From Lachnospiraceae bacterium (GTDB lineage Bacteria > Bacillota > Clostridia > Lachnospirales > Lachnospiraceae): a stretch of 31,567 bases of DNA. Under the pieces are notes generated by a model that was given only the letters and a program-made list of their open reading frames with translations, was not told where the DNA came from and made no database searches. The stretch lies in NCBI GenBank assembly GCA_045639745.1, contig JAZUDQ010000034.1, positions 1 to 31,567 of the forward strand, read 5' to 3'. A program made the translations under genes and the position numbers. How positions within the stretch are numbered: the first letter of the stretch is position 1; each line of letters opens with the position of its first letter. Positions 10,875 through 20,984 of this stretch are shown one piece after another.

Positions 10875-12102
10875 TTTTTCCTCCCTGCATGATTCCCATC
10901 ATTATAAACGGGTACCATGTCATTTGTGTATATTCCAAGCCTTCCATGGAAATACTTATAAACAAAAACATTATCCACATACCAACGGTAATTGTTTTAA
11001 GCGTATAAAGAGTCTTTTCATCCGAAAAACTGCTTTTCTTTTTCTCTGCCAGGCTCTTAAGCCACGTAATCAGCGCTGCATAAAACAAATATGTTCCTAT
11101 ATAACCAACCGCATATATTTGTTTAAAATACAGATTATGAAAACGATCGTTGCAGGGATTATGAAGAGTCTCCGTCGTTAAATCAATACCAAGAAATCTT
11201 GTTGCGAACGGTTGTTTAACATAATAGCTTATCGCATCCCACCATATAAGATGTCTTGAGTGAAATATATTTTCCAGTTTCGTCATAATATCTTCGCCCA
11301 ATCCCAGCTCTTCAAGATTGGTTTTCAATGGCGTAAACAACTGAATAAAAACAAGAAATGCAGTTACTGCCGACAGCAAGATTGCTCCGAATACCTTTAC
11401 TGATTTCTCACTTATTTTAATCTTTTTAAATACACCTTTTTTTCTTAATTCCAAAAAAATGATAAACATATATTCCAGAATCAATATTGCCTGACCGCTT
11501 CTTGCATTGGTTCTGTAAAACAACATATATATTCCGACCGGAAATATCGCAATCCATTTTAGCCATTTCTTTTTACTCAGAGCATAAATGAATACAATAC
11601 ATACAATTACACCTATGGCCATATCTGTCTTGTAATAATACAAAGCGCCGTCCGATGTAACATCAAAATCAGATTTCCTTCCGACATAATTACCCGTAAA
11701 TGTATATGTAAACTGGATGTACATTTTATATATCAGATTTAAAAAAAGAATTATATATGACGACAACGGAATAATCTTTGAAAATACGCTTTCTGATTTT
11801 ATCTCATTATAAAATTTCTCCGAATAGACTCTTCCGAGAAAATAAATAAAAAATGCCGATTCTGTTTTTACAAATTTTGAATATGCTCCCGTATCCCTCA
11901 GAAAAGAAAGAAAATAGACAACAAAAAGACATAGCATAATAATATCTGCCGGGACAATCCGCTTCGAAAATTCCTTATAATATCCGAACTTAAAAAATCC
12001 GAACACTACCATAAAAGCCGCAATCACAACCATTGAATAATCAAGAATTGTAAATTGAAACAATATATCAACAATTTGTTTTAGTGCTAAAAATATACTC
12101 AT
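10849..12102 (-). CDS. Polytopic membrane protein, O-antigen ligase/Wzy polymerase-like
   Basis: 417 aa with about 10-12 hydrophobic helices. TNARSGQAILILE, HSRHLIWWDA and RFHNLYFKQIYAVGYIG resemble the Wzy_C/O-antigen-ligase pattern (R...; HNxYLxxxxExGxxG). It sits next to a GT4 glycosyltransferase. Confidence 0.55.
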   Translation of the reverse strand: MSIFLALKQIVDILFQFTILDYSMVVIAAFMVVFGFFKFGYYKEFSKRIVPADIIMLCLFVVYFLSFLRDTGAYSKFVKTESAFFIYFLGRVYSEKFYNEIKSESVFSKIIPLSSYIILFLNLIYKMYIQFTYTFTGNYVGRKSDFDVTSDGALYYYKTDMAIGVIVCIVFIYALSKKKWLKWIAIFPVGIYMLFYRTNARSGQAILILEYMFIIFLELRKKGVFKKIKISEKSVKVFGAILLSAVTAFLVFIQLFTPLKTNLEELGLGEDIMTKLENIFHSRHLIWWDAISYYVKQPFATRFLGIDLTTETLHNPCNDRFHNLYFKQIYAVGYIGTYLFYAALITWLKSLAEKKKSSFSDEKTLYTLKTITVGMWIMFLFISISMEGLEYTQMTWYPFIMMGIMQGGKNDNKQLPV

Positions 12103-12104
12103 AA

Positions 12105-13196
12105 CTATTCCGATAATGCTTTTTCAAAATTATTTACGATTATCTTCCAATCAAATCTTTTAACATTTTCAAAGCCCTTTCTGACATATTCACCGCACAG
12201 AGCTTCATCATGCAGAGATTTAAGACCTTCTGCTGCCGCTTCATAATCTTCCGAATTGACAAGAATACCGCAATCCGCAACTACCTCTTTAAGCGAATAA
12301 GAATCCGCGGACACTACGGGCACGCCAAGCTGCATTGCCTCCAGAGGCGGAAATCCGAACCCCTCTATTCTTGACATAAACAAAAATCCCTTCGATCGGG
12401 CTATCATGGCATGCATGTCTTCATTTTTCTCTATATATTTAATGCAGCTTATTTTACTTTTTATTTCATCGGGAATATTGTATGCTTCTACATCGGGGAT
12501 TCCGATAATCTTTAAATCACGGGCATTTTCACCCATTTTCCTGCAATAACACTCATATGAACGAACTATTCCTTCCGGATTTTTATGAGGAAGTGATGAG
12601 GTTACAGCCACATAATATTCTCTTTCGGAACATTCCGTTTCTTCCGGCATAACAACCGGATTGCAACCGAGATAAACAACATCGATTTTGTCCGGACTAA
12701 CACCTGCAATCTCTAAAGTATCATTCTTCGACGCCTCGGAATTGGTCAACACTCTGTAAGCCGTCTTAGCAGATGCCTTAAGTCTCATTGTTATATACAA
12801 ATTCTCTTTTTTACCGAGTGCCCCGGGGAAATGCCTGTCATAATAAAAAGGTATCATGTCATTAATAAACGGGTACTGCTTTATACCGCCCGCAAATATC
12901 TTAAGAGCTGTAAATCCTCTTGGAAAAAACACCTTATCAATTTTTAGTTTCCTAACATAACGCGTTACCGTATATAATTCCCATATAACACAGGTCAACT
13001 TATCTTCGGGATTCTTATCTATGCATACAAAAGATACACCGGGAATATCGAAATCTTCCCGGTTTAATTTATTACCCAGTACAGTAATCTCATGTTCTCG
13101 AGACAATTCTCTTACCAAACTGTATGCAAGATTATAGATTCCTATACTTTTTCCTTTTCCTTTAACAAGCTTAAAGCAGTCTATTACCAATTTCAT
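12105..13196 (-). CDS. Glycosyltransferase family 4 (GT-B fold)
   Basis: 363 aa with the C-terminal EGFGFPPLEAMQLGVPVVS (E-x7-E) signature of retaining GT4 enzymes. Confidence 0.87.
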   Translation of the reverse strand: MKLVIDCFKLVKGKGKSIGIYNLAYSLVRELSREHEITVLGNKLNREDFDIPGVSFVCIDKNPEDKLTCVIWELYTVTRYVRKLKIDKVFFPRGFTALKIFAGGIKQYPFINDMIPFYYDRHFPGALGKKENLYITMRLKASAKTAYRVLTNSEASKNDTLEIAGVSPDKIDVVYLGCNPVVMPEETECSEREYYVAVTSSLPHKNPEGIVRSYECYCRKMGENARDLKIIGIPDVEAYNIPDEIKSKISCIKYIEKNEDMHAMIARSKGFLFMSRIEGFGFPPLEAMQLGVPVVSADSYSLKEVVADCGILVNSEDYEAAAEGLKSLHDEALCGEYVRKGFENVKRFDWKIIVNNFEKALSE

Positions 13197-13204
13197 GAAT
13201 TATA

Positions 13205-14134
13205 CTAACTCTCAAATAACGGTGTTGAGAAATATCTTTCGGCAGTATCAGGCAGTATCGTTACTACCGTCTTTCCCTTTCCGAGTTTCTTGGCCATACG
13301 AAGTGCCGCACATACATTGGTACCACTTGAGATTCCGCACATTATTCCTTCCTTGCTGGCAAGATCTTTGGCTGTCTGAAGTGCTTCTTCATCTGTAATT
13401 ATTGCTATGTCCTCATATATATTCTGATTGAGAACTTTGGGAATTACTCCGTCTCCGATACCCATCTGAATATGAGTTCCTACTGTACCTCCGGCAAGAA
13501 TTGCCGCATTTTCGGGTTCTACTGCCCATATTAATATATTGGGATTAAGAGCCTTCAGAGTCTCACCTATACCCGATATTGTTCCTCCCGTACCTATACC
13601 GGAACAGAAACCGTCAATAGGGCCCGCAACCTGCTCAAGGATCTCAAGACCTGTATGGAATCTGTGCACCATTGGATTGGCATCATTTTCAAACTGCTGC
13701 GGCACAAATACTCTCGGATTCTCTTCTTTCATCTTAAGGGCTTCCTTAACACATTCATCTATACATTCACCTATATTACCGGCATCATGCTTAAGAATAA
13801 CCTTTGCACCATAATGTTCAACAAGCATTTTTCTCTCATGGCTTACCGAATCCGGCATGATGATTATTGTCTCATATCCTTTTACGGCGCCGACAAGTGC
13901 CAGTCCGATTCCCTGATTACCGCTGGTAGGCTCGACAATTATTGAATCAGGCTTGAGAATCCCATCTTTTTCAGCCTGTACTATCATATTGTATGCTGTA
14001 CGAGTCTTAACAGAACCACCTACATTCAGGCCTTCGAATTTGACAAGAACCTGAGCATCATTTTCTCCTACCATTTTATTTAATCTGATTATAGGAGTAT
14101 GTCCTATAGCTTCCAAAACATTATCGTAAATCAT
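13205..14134 (-). CDS. cysK: Cysteine synthase A (O-acetylserine sulfhydrylase)
   Basis: GGSVKTR carries the PLP Lys (compare SVKDR). EPTSGNQGIGLA, GIGTGGTISG (phosphate loop) and SSGTN are also present. AGAGGA lies 6 nt before ATG 14134 (MIYDNVLEAIGHTPII). The track start 14152 has no RBS. Confidence 0.92.
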   Translation of the reverse strand: MIYDNVLEAIGHTPIIRLNKMVGENDAQVLVKFEGLNVGGSVKTRTAYNMIVQAEKDGILKPDSIIVEPTSGNQGIGLALVGAVKGYETIIIMPDSVSHERKMLVEHYGAKVILKHDAGNIGECIDECVKEALKMKEENPRVFVPQQFENDANPMVHRFHTGLEILEQVAGPIDGFCSGIGTGGTISGIGETLKALNPNILIWAVEPENAAILAGGTVGTHIQMGIGDGVIPKVLNQNIYEDIAIITDEEALQTAKDLASKEGIMCGISSGTNVCAALRMAKKLGKGKTVVTILPDTAERYFSTPLFES

Positions 14135-14169
14135 TTCACATCCTCTTTTCATGATGATATTTATATAAT

Positions 14170-16062
14170 TCAGTTATCAAATGCCGTAATTCCCAGTTCT
14201 TCATATGATAAGCTGATTCTAAGCGGTCCGCTTGCATAAGGTCCCAAAAGATAGCTCGATGAATATATTTCCAGTCCGCTGTCGCCGCATGATATCTCGA
14301 AACTGTCGATATCACATTCCAAAATACTGTCATATATTTCATCCGGATCGTCACTGTAGAATTCATATCCGCCATTTTCATATATATTCAAAGCTTCTTC
14401 GGCGATTGCTGCAAGAAAATCTTCTTCGTCTCCGGGATATATATCCATAATATCAACGAGGCTTCCGTCACTTAGATCAAACAAATATATCTCTTCTCCG
14501 CCGTAACCATGAGCCGCACCGTTAATATATTGATAAAAGCTTGTATCCACCTCAATATAATGATTACCTACGGTGTGCACATCATAGACAAGTTCTTCAT
14601 AACTGCTTACAGCAAAATACAACTGAGTATCGTCATGATTTATGCATTCTTCCTCATAAAGCTGCGCCGTTTCCAGATTACTCTCATGAATATTAGAGAG
14701 GTAATCATTAATTTCATCAGCACAGTCATACATTGAATCAAGAACAAAATACTCCGCGTAATATACATAAATGTCTTTACCGCAGTCTGCACACTCTACT
14801 GTAAATTCATCACATTCAATGTCACCGTACAGAGCAAAATTGTATGTATTTATTACTCCAACCTCACTCTCCATATACTCCGGATTGTCATAATATACAT
14901 ATCCAAGCACACTTTCATTGTCTCTGTCAAACTCCATAAATACACAAGGCTGACCATCAACCTCAGCAACCGTGTACAGTGAATATCCCGGACAATAAAG
15001 ATTAAGTCCCGGTGTACTGCTGAATCCGTCGGCACAATTAAGCATATCTTCGGAAATCACATAATCATACAAATATGTCGAATATGCCGTATTATTATCG
15101 GCATCGGCGAGGAAAAATACATCATCTCCAAGCATCTCTGCGGTACTGTAATTAAGATCAACGTCCGAAATCAATTTCTCGGTACCGTCCGCAACACTGT
15201 AAATATACAGGCCGTTATAATAATAGGTCTCGGGATTTACATAAGCAAATAAAATATAATCACCATTATAATCCATAATACTTACTTCATCTTCTTTATC
15301 AAAATCCACAGTACAAATCGAATCTCCGTTTTCATCGAAATACTCTAATTCGTTACCTTTTTGCAGAAGAACACATCCGTAATTATTAAGTGCTTCGGAC
15401 ACAGGCTTATAAGCTGCAATATCCCATTTCCCGTTAACATAGCTGTCGTAGTAGTCCTGATATCCCTCTGCCTGCGTATATACGCCGTCATCATCTATCG
15501 CGAAACAGTATTCTGTGTTTTCCGGATAATACTGAAGAAAATAAACATAATCTTCCACCGAAGAATCTACCTTGTTCACCTGTTCACCCGACATCAAAAG
15601 AGTTGTTGTTTCTTCAGCGAAATCATAGGCATACAAATCATAAATATCCGTATCCGCGTTATATACGTCAACATACATTACATGCATATTGCTGTTCATA
15701 TTTCCAAAACCTGTTATGGAATAATAAGAATTTTTTCCGTTAAAGAGTTCATCCAGCTTATCCGCATAGTAGTATGTATTAATAATCACATCACCGTCAG
15801 TAATATAAATGCAATCCTGAGTACTGTCCCATATTCTTACATATTTATTTTCTTTAATATCATTGTCCGTATCGGAAGGATTGTCACCGTCATTGTCATC
15901 GGCTTCTTTATCCCCTTCTTCGTTATCATCTTCATCATCTTTATCCGAATCCGATTTCTTTTCTTCACTCTCTTCTTCCGGTTTATTTAATCCGTTACAC
16001 CCGGTAAATGCAACCGTTGCCATAACCAGTGATAGAATTACTGTAACCAATCTTTTTTTCAT
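14170..16062 (-). CDS. Acidic lipoprotein with a Tyr/Asp-rich central region and a C-terminal DUF4163/DUF3298-like (RsiV/PdaC-type) module
   Basis: Signal peptide with lipobox (MKKRLVTVILSLVMATVAFTGC). A D/E-rich linker of about 50 residues follows. The C-terminus has FYQYINGAAHGYGGEEIYLFDLSDGSLVDIMDIY ... LEIYSSSYLLGPYASGPLRISLSYEELG. This matches the DUF3298 pattern from memory (y.GGAHg...fdl.tGk.l.l.dlf ... y.i.pya.G......ipy.el). A GAGGA RBS is present. Confidence 0.75.
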   Translation of the reverse strand: MKKRLVTVILSLVMATVAFTGCNGLNKPEEESEEKKSDSDKDDEDDNEEGDKEADDNDGDNPSDTDNDIKENKYVRIWDSTQDCIYITDGDVIINTYYYADKLDELFNGKNSYYSITGFGNMNSNMHVMYVDVYNADTDIYDLYAYDFAEETTTLLMSGEQVNKVDSSVEDYVYFLQYYPENTEYCFAIDDDGVYTQAEGYQDYYDSYVNGKWDIAAYKPVSEALNNYGCVLLQKGNELEYFDENGDSICTVDFDKEDEVSIMDYNGDYILFAYVNPETYYYNGLYIYSVADGTEKLISDVDLNYSTAEMLGDDVFFLADADNNTAYSTYLYDYVISEDMLNCADGFSSTPGLNLYCPGYSLYTVAEVDGQPCVFMEFDRDNESVLGYVYYDNPEYMESEVGVINTYNFALYGDIECDEFTVECADCGKDIYVYYAEYFVLDSMYDCADEINDYLSNIHESNLETAQLYEEECINHDDTQLYFAVSSYEELVYDVHTVGNHYIEVDTSFYQYINGAAHGYGGEEIYLFDLSDGSLVDIMDIYPGDEEDFLAAIAEEALNIYENGGYEFYSDDPDEIYDSILECDIDSFEISCGDSGLEIYSSSYLLGPYASGPLRISLSYEELGITAFDN

Positions 16063-16086
16063 ACTTTTATTCCTCAGATTCCGCTT

Positions 16087-18222
16087 TTAAACTTCAAACA
16101 ATATATCTTCGTATGTAGGGAACGGCCAAATATTCTTATCAGTAATCTTTTCCAGTTCATCACAGGGTTTTCTCAATGTTTCCATCGCAGTCTTAACATT
16201 ATCTCTGTATGAAAAAGCCTTTTCTTTATTACTCTTAACGGCTTGTGATTCCGCAAGATTGTTTTTCAGTACAAGAAGCGCTTCTGCAGCTTCATCACTG
16301 AACTTAACCACTTTTTCAAGAAGCAGCGCCGAGGTTTTGCTGTTTACACCTGCTTCTTTTGCATAACATACTGTTTCGGAAAGCTGCTTTATGTATTTAA
16401 GAACCGCCGGGATGATCTGTTTTTCAGCCATTTCCACCATACAGTTAGCCTCAATATTTATTGTCTTTGCATAAATCTCATATAAAATTTCTCTTCGTGA
16501 TTCAAGCTCAGGCTTTGTATATATGCTGAACTTCTCGAAAAGTTTTACGGCTTTTTCCGTTGTAAGGGCATCAATGGCATCTACCATTGTGGGAATGTTG
16601 GGAAGTCCTCTTCTCTCTGCTTCCTTAACCCATTTTTCCGAATAACCGTCTCCGTTGAATATTATTCTCTGATGCTTGGTCATATTGTCTTTAATAAGAT
16701 CATGAACCGCTGTATCAAAATCAGTTGCATTTTCAAGGATATCGGCAGCTTCGCAGAAACTCTCTGCGGTAATTGTATTAAGAATAATATTAGGATCACC
16801 GATAGAGTCCGAACTTCCAACCATTCGGAACTCAAATTTATTACCTGTAAACGCAAAAGGTGATGTTCTGTTTCTGTCGGTAGGATCGATAAGAAGATCC
16901 GGCAAAGTATCAACACCTGTCTCAAGAACAGGTTTTTCCATACAATGTGTTGCCTGTCCCGTCTCTACAAGCTGCCTTACCACATCTTCAAGCTGCTCTC
17001 CGAGGAAAATGGAAATAATAGCAGGGGGAGCTTCATCCGCACCGAGTCGTAAATCATTACCGACATTGGCGGCACTTCTTCTCAAAAGATCCGCATGGGT
17101 ATCAATTGCTTTCATAATACATGAAAGGATCAGTAAAAACTGTATATTCTCATTGGGCGAATCACCCGGATCAAGCAGATTATGGCCGTCATCCGTATTG
17201 AGAGACCAGTTATTATGCTTGCCCGAACCGTTAATTCCCGCAAAAGGTTTTTCATGAAGAAGACATGTAAGATTGTGTCTTTCCGCAACCTTACGAAGTA
17301 CTTCCATTACAAGATGATTATGATCTACCGCAATATTGGCAGTCTCATATATCGGAGCAAGTTCATGCTGTGCAGGTGCTGCTTCATTGTGCTGTGTCTT
17401 CGCGGTAACACCCAATTTCCAGAGTTCTACATTAACGTCCTTCATAAAGGCGCCGATTCTTTCTCTGATACAACCGTAATAATGGTCATCCATTTCCTGA
17501 CCTTTAGGTGCATTGGCTCCGAAAAGAGTCCTTCCCGAATATATAAGATCGTATCTCTTTAAATATTTATCTCTGTCTACAATAAAATATTCCTGCTCCG
17601 CACCTACCGAGGGAATTACTTTGGTTGCCGTCTTATTACCAAACAATCTGACAAGTCGCAGTGCCTGCTCGCTTACCGCCTGCATTGAACGAAGAAGCGG
17701 AGTCTTCTTATCAAGAGCCTCTCCCTTATATGAACAGAATGCGGTAGGAACGCACAATACTTTTCCGGTTGCATCTTCCTTTATAAAAGCAGGTGACGTA
17801 ATATCCCATGCTGTATATCCTCTCGCTTCGAATGTTGCGCGAAGTCCGCCGGAAGGGAAAGAAGAGGCATCCGATTCTCCCTTGATAAGTTCCTTTCCGG
17901 AGAATTCCATAAGCATCTTTCCGTTTTTATCAGGATGTGTAATAAAAGAATCATGTTTTTCCGCCGTACACCCCGTAAGCGGCTGAAACCAATGTGTATA
18001 ATGAGTTGCACCTTTTTCGACAGCCCAGTCTTTCATACATTTTGCAACAATGTTAGCAGTATCCTGAGATAATTCTCCGCCATGCTCCGCAACATTTTCC
18101 ACTTCATTGTATGCTTCTCTGGGCAGCCATTTCTGCATTGTGGCAAGATTAAAAACATTTTCTCCGAATATCTCTTCAATATTCAGTATTTCTTCATTTG
18201 TCTTCGTTTTTTCTTTGCTCAT
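16087..18222 (-). CDS. glnN: Glutamine synthetase type III
   Basis: 711 aa. The N-terminal FGENVFN..M..WLPREAY and the overall length are typical of GSIII. GS-type core segments include GAEQEYF and NGSGKHNNWS. The ATG directly abuts the stop of the upstream U32 gene (TAGATG), and the RBS GAAGAGGA lies inside that gene. Confidence 0.92.
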   Translation of the reverse strand: MSKEKTKTNEEILNIEEIFGENVFNLATMQKWLPREAYNEVENVAEHGGELSQDTANIVAKCMKDWAVEKGATHYTHWFQPLTGCTAEKHDSFITHPDKNGKMLMEFSGKELIKGESDASSFPSGGLRATFEARGYTAWDITSPAFIKEDATGKVLCVPTAFCSYKGEALDKKTPLLRSMQAVSEQALRLVRLFGNKTATKVIPSVGAEQEYFIVDRDKYLKRYDLIYSGRTLFGANAPKGQEMDDHYYGCIRERIGAFMKDVNVELWKLGVTAKTQHNEAAPAQHELAPIYETANIAVDHNHLVMEVLRKVAERHNLTCLLHEKPFAGINGSGKHNNWSLNTDDGHNLLDPGDSPNENIQFLLILSCIMKAIDTHADLLRRSAANVGNDLRLGADEAPPAIISIFLGEQLEDVVRQLVETGQATHCMEKPVLETGVDTLPDLLIDPTDRNRTSPFAFTGNKFEFRMVGSSDSIGDPNIILNTITAESFCEAADILENATDFDTAVHDLIKDNMTKHQRIIFNGDGYSEKWVKEAERRGLPNIPTMVDAIDALTTEKAVKLFEKFSIYTKPELESRREILYEIYAKTINIEANCMVEMAEKQIIPAVLKYIKQLSETVCYAKEAGVNSKTSALLLEKVVKFSDEAAEALLVLKNNLAESQAVKSNKEKAFSYRDNVKTAMETLRKPCDELEKITDKNIWPFPTYEDILFEV

Positions 18223-19467
18223 CTATTTATCCTCTTCTTCAGATTTAACTCTTAAAATATCATATATTTCAGGGCTTTCACTAAGTGTAAGCCATACCAT
18301 CTGTTTTGAATGAGGGCAACTTTCAATATGCTCTCCGTCTTCATTTTTCATATCGGTTACTTTAACGCATATGTTTCTTCCGTCCGGCTTCATTATCTCA
18401 ATGTAATCTCCGACGCAGAACTTATTTTTCTGTTGAATCAGAACATCTCCGTTATTTTTATCAAGAACCGTTCCGAGATATATAAATTCATTTATATACG
18501 TATTACTGTCATATATTTGATTCTCATGTGTAGGCTTTCCGTAATAAAAACCGGTAGAAAATTGCCGATAAGTACATTTTGAAATCTCATCTCTGTACCA
18601 ATCCATATTCTCGTTATACAGTTGTTCGGATTCATAAAAATCATCAATTGCTTTTCTGTATGTTCTTGCAACCGTTGCCACGTACAAAGCTGTCTTCATA
18701 CGGCCTTCTATCTTAAATGAATCTATTCCTGCATCTACCATGTCGGGAATATGTTCTATCATACAAAGGTCTTTGGAATTAAAAATGTACGTTCCTCTTT
18801 CATTTTCATAAACCGGAAGATATTCACCGGGACGCTCTTCCTCCATAACCGAATATTTCCATCTGCACGGGTGTGTACATGCGCCTTGATTGGCATCACG
18901 TCCCGTAAAATAATAGGACAACAGGCACCTTCCCGAATAAGAAATGCACATTGCTCCGTGAATAAATGATTCAATCTCCATCTCCTGCGGAATATTTTTT
19001 CTTATTTCCTTAATCTCCGCCAGCGAGAGTTCACGTGCACTGACAACCCTCTTTGCGCCGTTTTTCCACCAGAAATTATAAATCTCGTAATTGGTGTTAT
19101 TGGCCTGTGTGGAAATGTGTATCTCAATCTCAGGACATATTTCCTTCGCATACATAAAAAGACCCGGATCCGATATAATAAGCGCGTCCGGTTTTATTTC
19201 CTTCAGTCTGCCGAAATACTCACGGGCTTCCTTAAGGTCACTGTTATGGGCAAAAATATTAGCGGTTACATATACCTTTACCCCTCTTTCGTGAGCAAAT
19301 TCTATTCCCGCTTTCATCTCGTCATCTGTAAAATTTTTGGCTTTGGCGCGCAGCGAAAAAACCTCACCACCGATGTATACCGCATCGGCGCCGTAGATTA
19401 CTGCCGTCTTTAATACTTCAAGGTTGTTAGCCGGAATAAGCAGTTCCGGTTTATTTTCTCCTGTCAT
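18223..19467 (-). CDS. Peptidase U32 family protein (YrrO/TrhP-like; prephenate-dependent tRNA ho5U hydroxylase candidate)
   Basis: N-terminal PELLIPANNLEVLKTAVIYGADAVYIGG. ESFIHGAMCISYSGRCLLS fits the U32 signature E-x-F-x2-G-[SA]-x-C-x4-G-x-C-x-x-S. Further Cys residues occur in CTHPCRW. It sits directly after a YrrM-like methyltransferase, as in the B. subtilis yrrMNO operon. Confidence 0.9.
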   Translation of the reverse strand: MTGENKPELLIPANNLEVLKTAVIYGADAVYIGGEVFSLRAKAKNFTDDEMKAGIEFAHERGVKVYVTANIFAHNSDLKEAREYFGRLKEIKPDALIISDPGLFMYAKEICPEIEIHISTQANNTNYEIYNFWWKNGAKRVVSARELSLAEIKEIRKNIPQEMEIESFIHGAMCISYSGRCLLSYYFTGRDANQGACTHPCRWKYSVMEEERPGEYLPVYENERGTYIFNSKDLCMIEHIPDMVDAGIDSFKIEGRMKTALYVATVARTYRKAIDDFYESEQLYNENMDWYRDEISKCTYRQFSTGFYYGKPTHENQIYDSNTYINEFIYLGTVLDKNNGDVLIQQKNKFCVGDYIEIMKPDGRNICVKVTDMKNEDGEHIESCPHSKQMVWLTLSESPEIYDILRVKSEEEDK

Positions 19468-19488
19468 ACTTATATTACCTGTTTTCTT

Positions 19489-20142
19489 TTATTTCATAAG
19501 GCTCAGAGCCATACCGTCTCCGATGTTCAACACCGTCGTCTGATAAAGAGCATTGTGAGTCAGTTCATACAAATACTCTCTCATGCGTGTGTGAATTGTT
19601 CTGTTTCTTCTTGTTACCGCATATCGTGACTCGCAGATATCACCATCCCTAAGGACGTTATCCGTAAGCAATATACCACCCTTCTTCAGAAGTCTCGTCA
19701 CATCCGGGAGATAATTAATATACTGGGCTTTTGCGGCGTCCATAAATATAAAATCAAACCGATCGTCAAGTTCCTTTAAAATATCTGCCGCATCACCCTC
19801 AAGAAGAGTAATATCCTCTTCGGCACCGACTCTCTTAAAATTCTCTCTTGCTATCGGAATTCTCTTATCATATTTTTCAATGGTAATTATCTTTGCCCCT
19901 TTACCGGTAGCGCGCTTCCCGGCCTCCCACATAAAAGAAGCCGAAAAACCTGTTGCGGTACCGACCTCCAATATTTTATCGGGTTTATGGTCAAATATGA
20001 GAAATTCCAAAAATGTCTGAGATTCTTTTCTGATAATGGGCACACCCGACTCAAGTGCTTCTTTTTCTATAGTCTTAAGCACCTCTGACATGTTATTTCC
20101 CAGACTTCTAATATATGATTCTATTCTCTCTTCATCGGCCAT
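19489..20142 (-). CDS. SAM-dependent O-methyltransferase family 3 (YrrM/TrmR-like)
   Basis: 217 aa. Motifs are ILEVGTATGFSA (SAM motif I), FDFIFMDAAKAQY and GGILLTDNVL. The position matches the B. subtilis yrrM locus. A GGGAGAA RBS is present. Confidence 0.87.
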   Translation of the reverse strand: MADEERIESYIRSLGNNMSEVLKTIEKEALESGVPIIRKESQTFLEFLIFDHKPDKILEVGTATGFSASFMWEAGKRATGKGAKIITIEKYDKRIPIARENFKRVGAEEDITLLEGDAADILKELDDRFDFIFMDAAKAQYINYLPDVTRLLKKGGILLTDNVLRDGDICESRYAVTRRNRTIHTRMREYLYELTHNALYQTTVLNIGDGMALSLMK

Positions 20143-20147
20143 GACTG

Positions 20148-20633
20148 TTATTCTCCCACAGGGGCTTCCTGCATATCCTCTTCGGTAAATGTTCCATCCG
20201 TATTATTATCGGATACCGAAACTTCATTGTCGGAAATACTGCCATAATCATCTTCAATTGCCTCTTCACCGTACGAAGCCGCCATTATAGCCATCATTTC
20301 TTCGCTTGTCATGGCTGTAGACAATTCGTAAACACCCGGCATAAGCTTACCGTGGTAATCGGAAACCAATTCCTGAAGATAGAAAAGTGTTGCATCTCTG
20401 ATAAGACCTTTTTCTTCAAGAATCTCACCTATTTCTCTTGCCGATTTGCCATCGACTATAGCCACCGTCATAGTAAGACCGGGGGCAGAGCTTATAGGAT
20501 CTTCTTTAAAAATCCTATATCCGAAATCATATGCCTTCCCCGCAAGATTAATAACTACAGTTCCGATAACAATAATTATCGCAAGTGCAAGACATCCTTT
20601 AAATATTGAAAATATAATCTGCTTTGAATTCAA
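20148..20633 (-). CDS. Short MltG/YceG-like membrane protein (TM helix plus LysM-like N-domain only; no catalytic domain)
   Basis: 161 aa. TTG start with GGAG about 6 nt upstream. One TM helix (CLALAIIIVIGTVVINLA), then TVAIVDGKSAREIGEILEEKGLIRDATLFYLQE...GKLMPGVYELSTAMTSEEMMAIM, as in the MltG N-terminal domain. The protein ends in an acidic tail. It occupies the mltG position of the yrr cluster. Confidence 0.6.
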   Translation of the reverse strand: MNSKQIIFSIFKGCLALAIIIVIGTVVINLAGKAYDFGYRIFKEDPISSAPGLTMTVAIVDGKSAREIGEILEEKGLIRDATLFYLQELVSDYHGKLMPGVYELSTAMTSEEMMAIMAASYGEEAIEDDYGSISDNEVSVSDNNTDGTFTEEDMQEAPVGE

Positions 20634-20650
20634 CTTTTCTCCATTCCGGC

Positions 20651-20977
20651 TTACTCAAAATTTAGGCTGCTTACCACCCTGTCTGTAAGCTCCTGCAACA
20701 TACGGCAGAGATTATTTTCCGCATCAAGAAAAGCGCTGACTCTTGCATCCTCAAGAAAATCTGCATATCTTTCCGCGAATTCTTCCATTCGATTACCAAT
20801 ATTACTGTCATTTTGCTCTTTCTGCAATGCAAAATTCTCTTTTCTGTACTGATTAATTCTGTTTTTTAAATCAGCATCCTCATTTAAGAGGTTTCTCTGT
20901 CGGTCATATTCCTTATATGTGTTTGAATTTTTAACCGCAGCTATTAAACTGATAATCTCATCTTCTATTTCATTCAT
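20651..20977 (-). CDS. YlbF/YmcA family protein (Com_YlbF-like)
   Basis: NSNTYKEYDRQRNLLNEDADLKNRINQYRK and VSAFLDAENNLCRMLQEL match the helical YlbF/YmcA pattern from memory. I prefer ATG 20977 (MNEIEDE...). The track start 20995 is a TTG inside the last codons of rnj. Confidence 0.68.
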   Translation of the reverse strand: MNEIEDEIISLIAAVKNSNTYKEYDRQRNLLNEDADLKNRINQYRKENFALQKEQNDSNIGNRMEEFAERYADFLEDARVSAFLDAENNLCRMLQELTDRVVSSLNFE

Positions 20978-20984
20978 ATTGAAA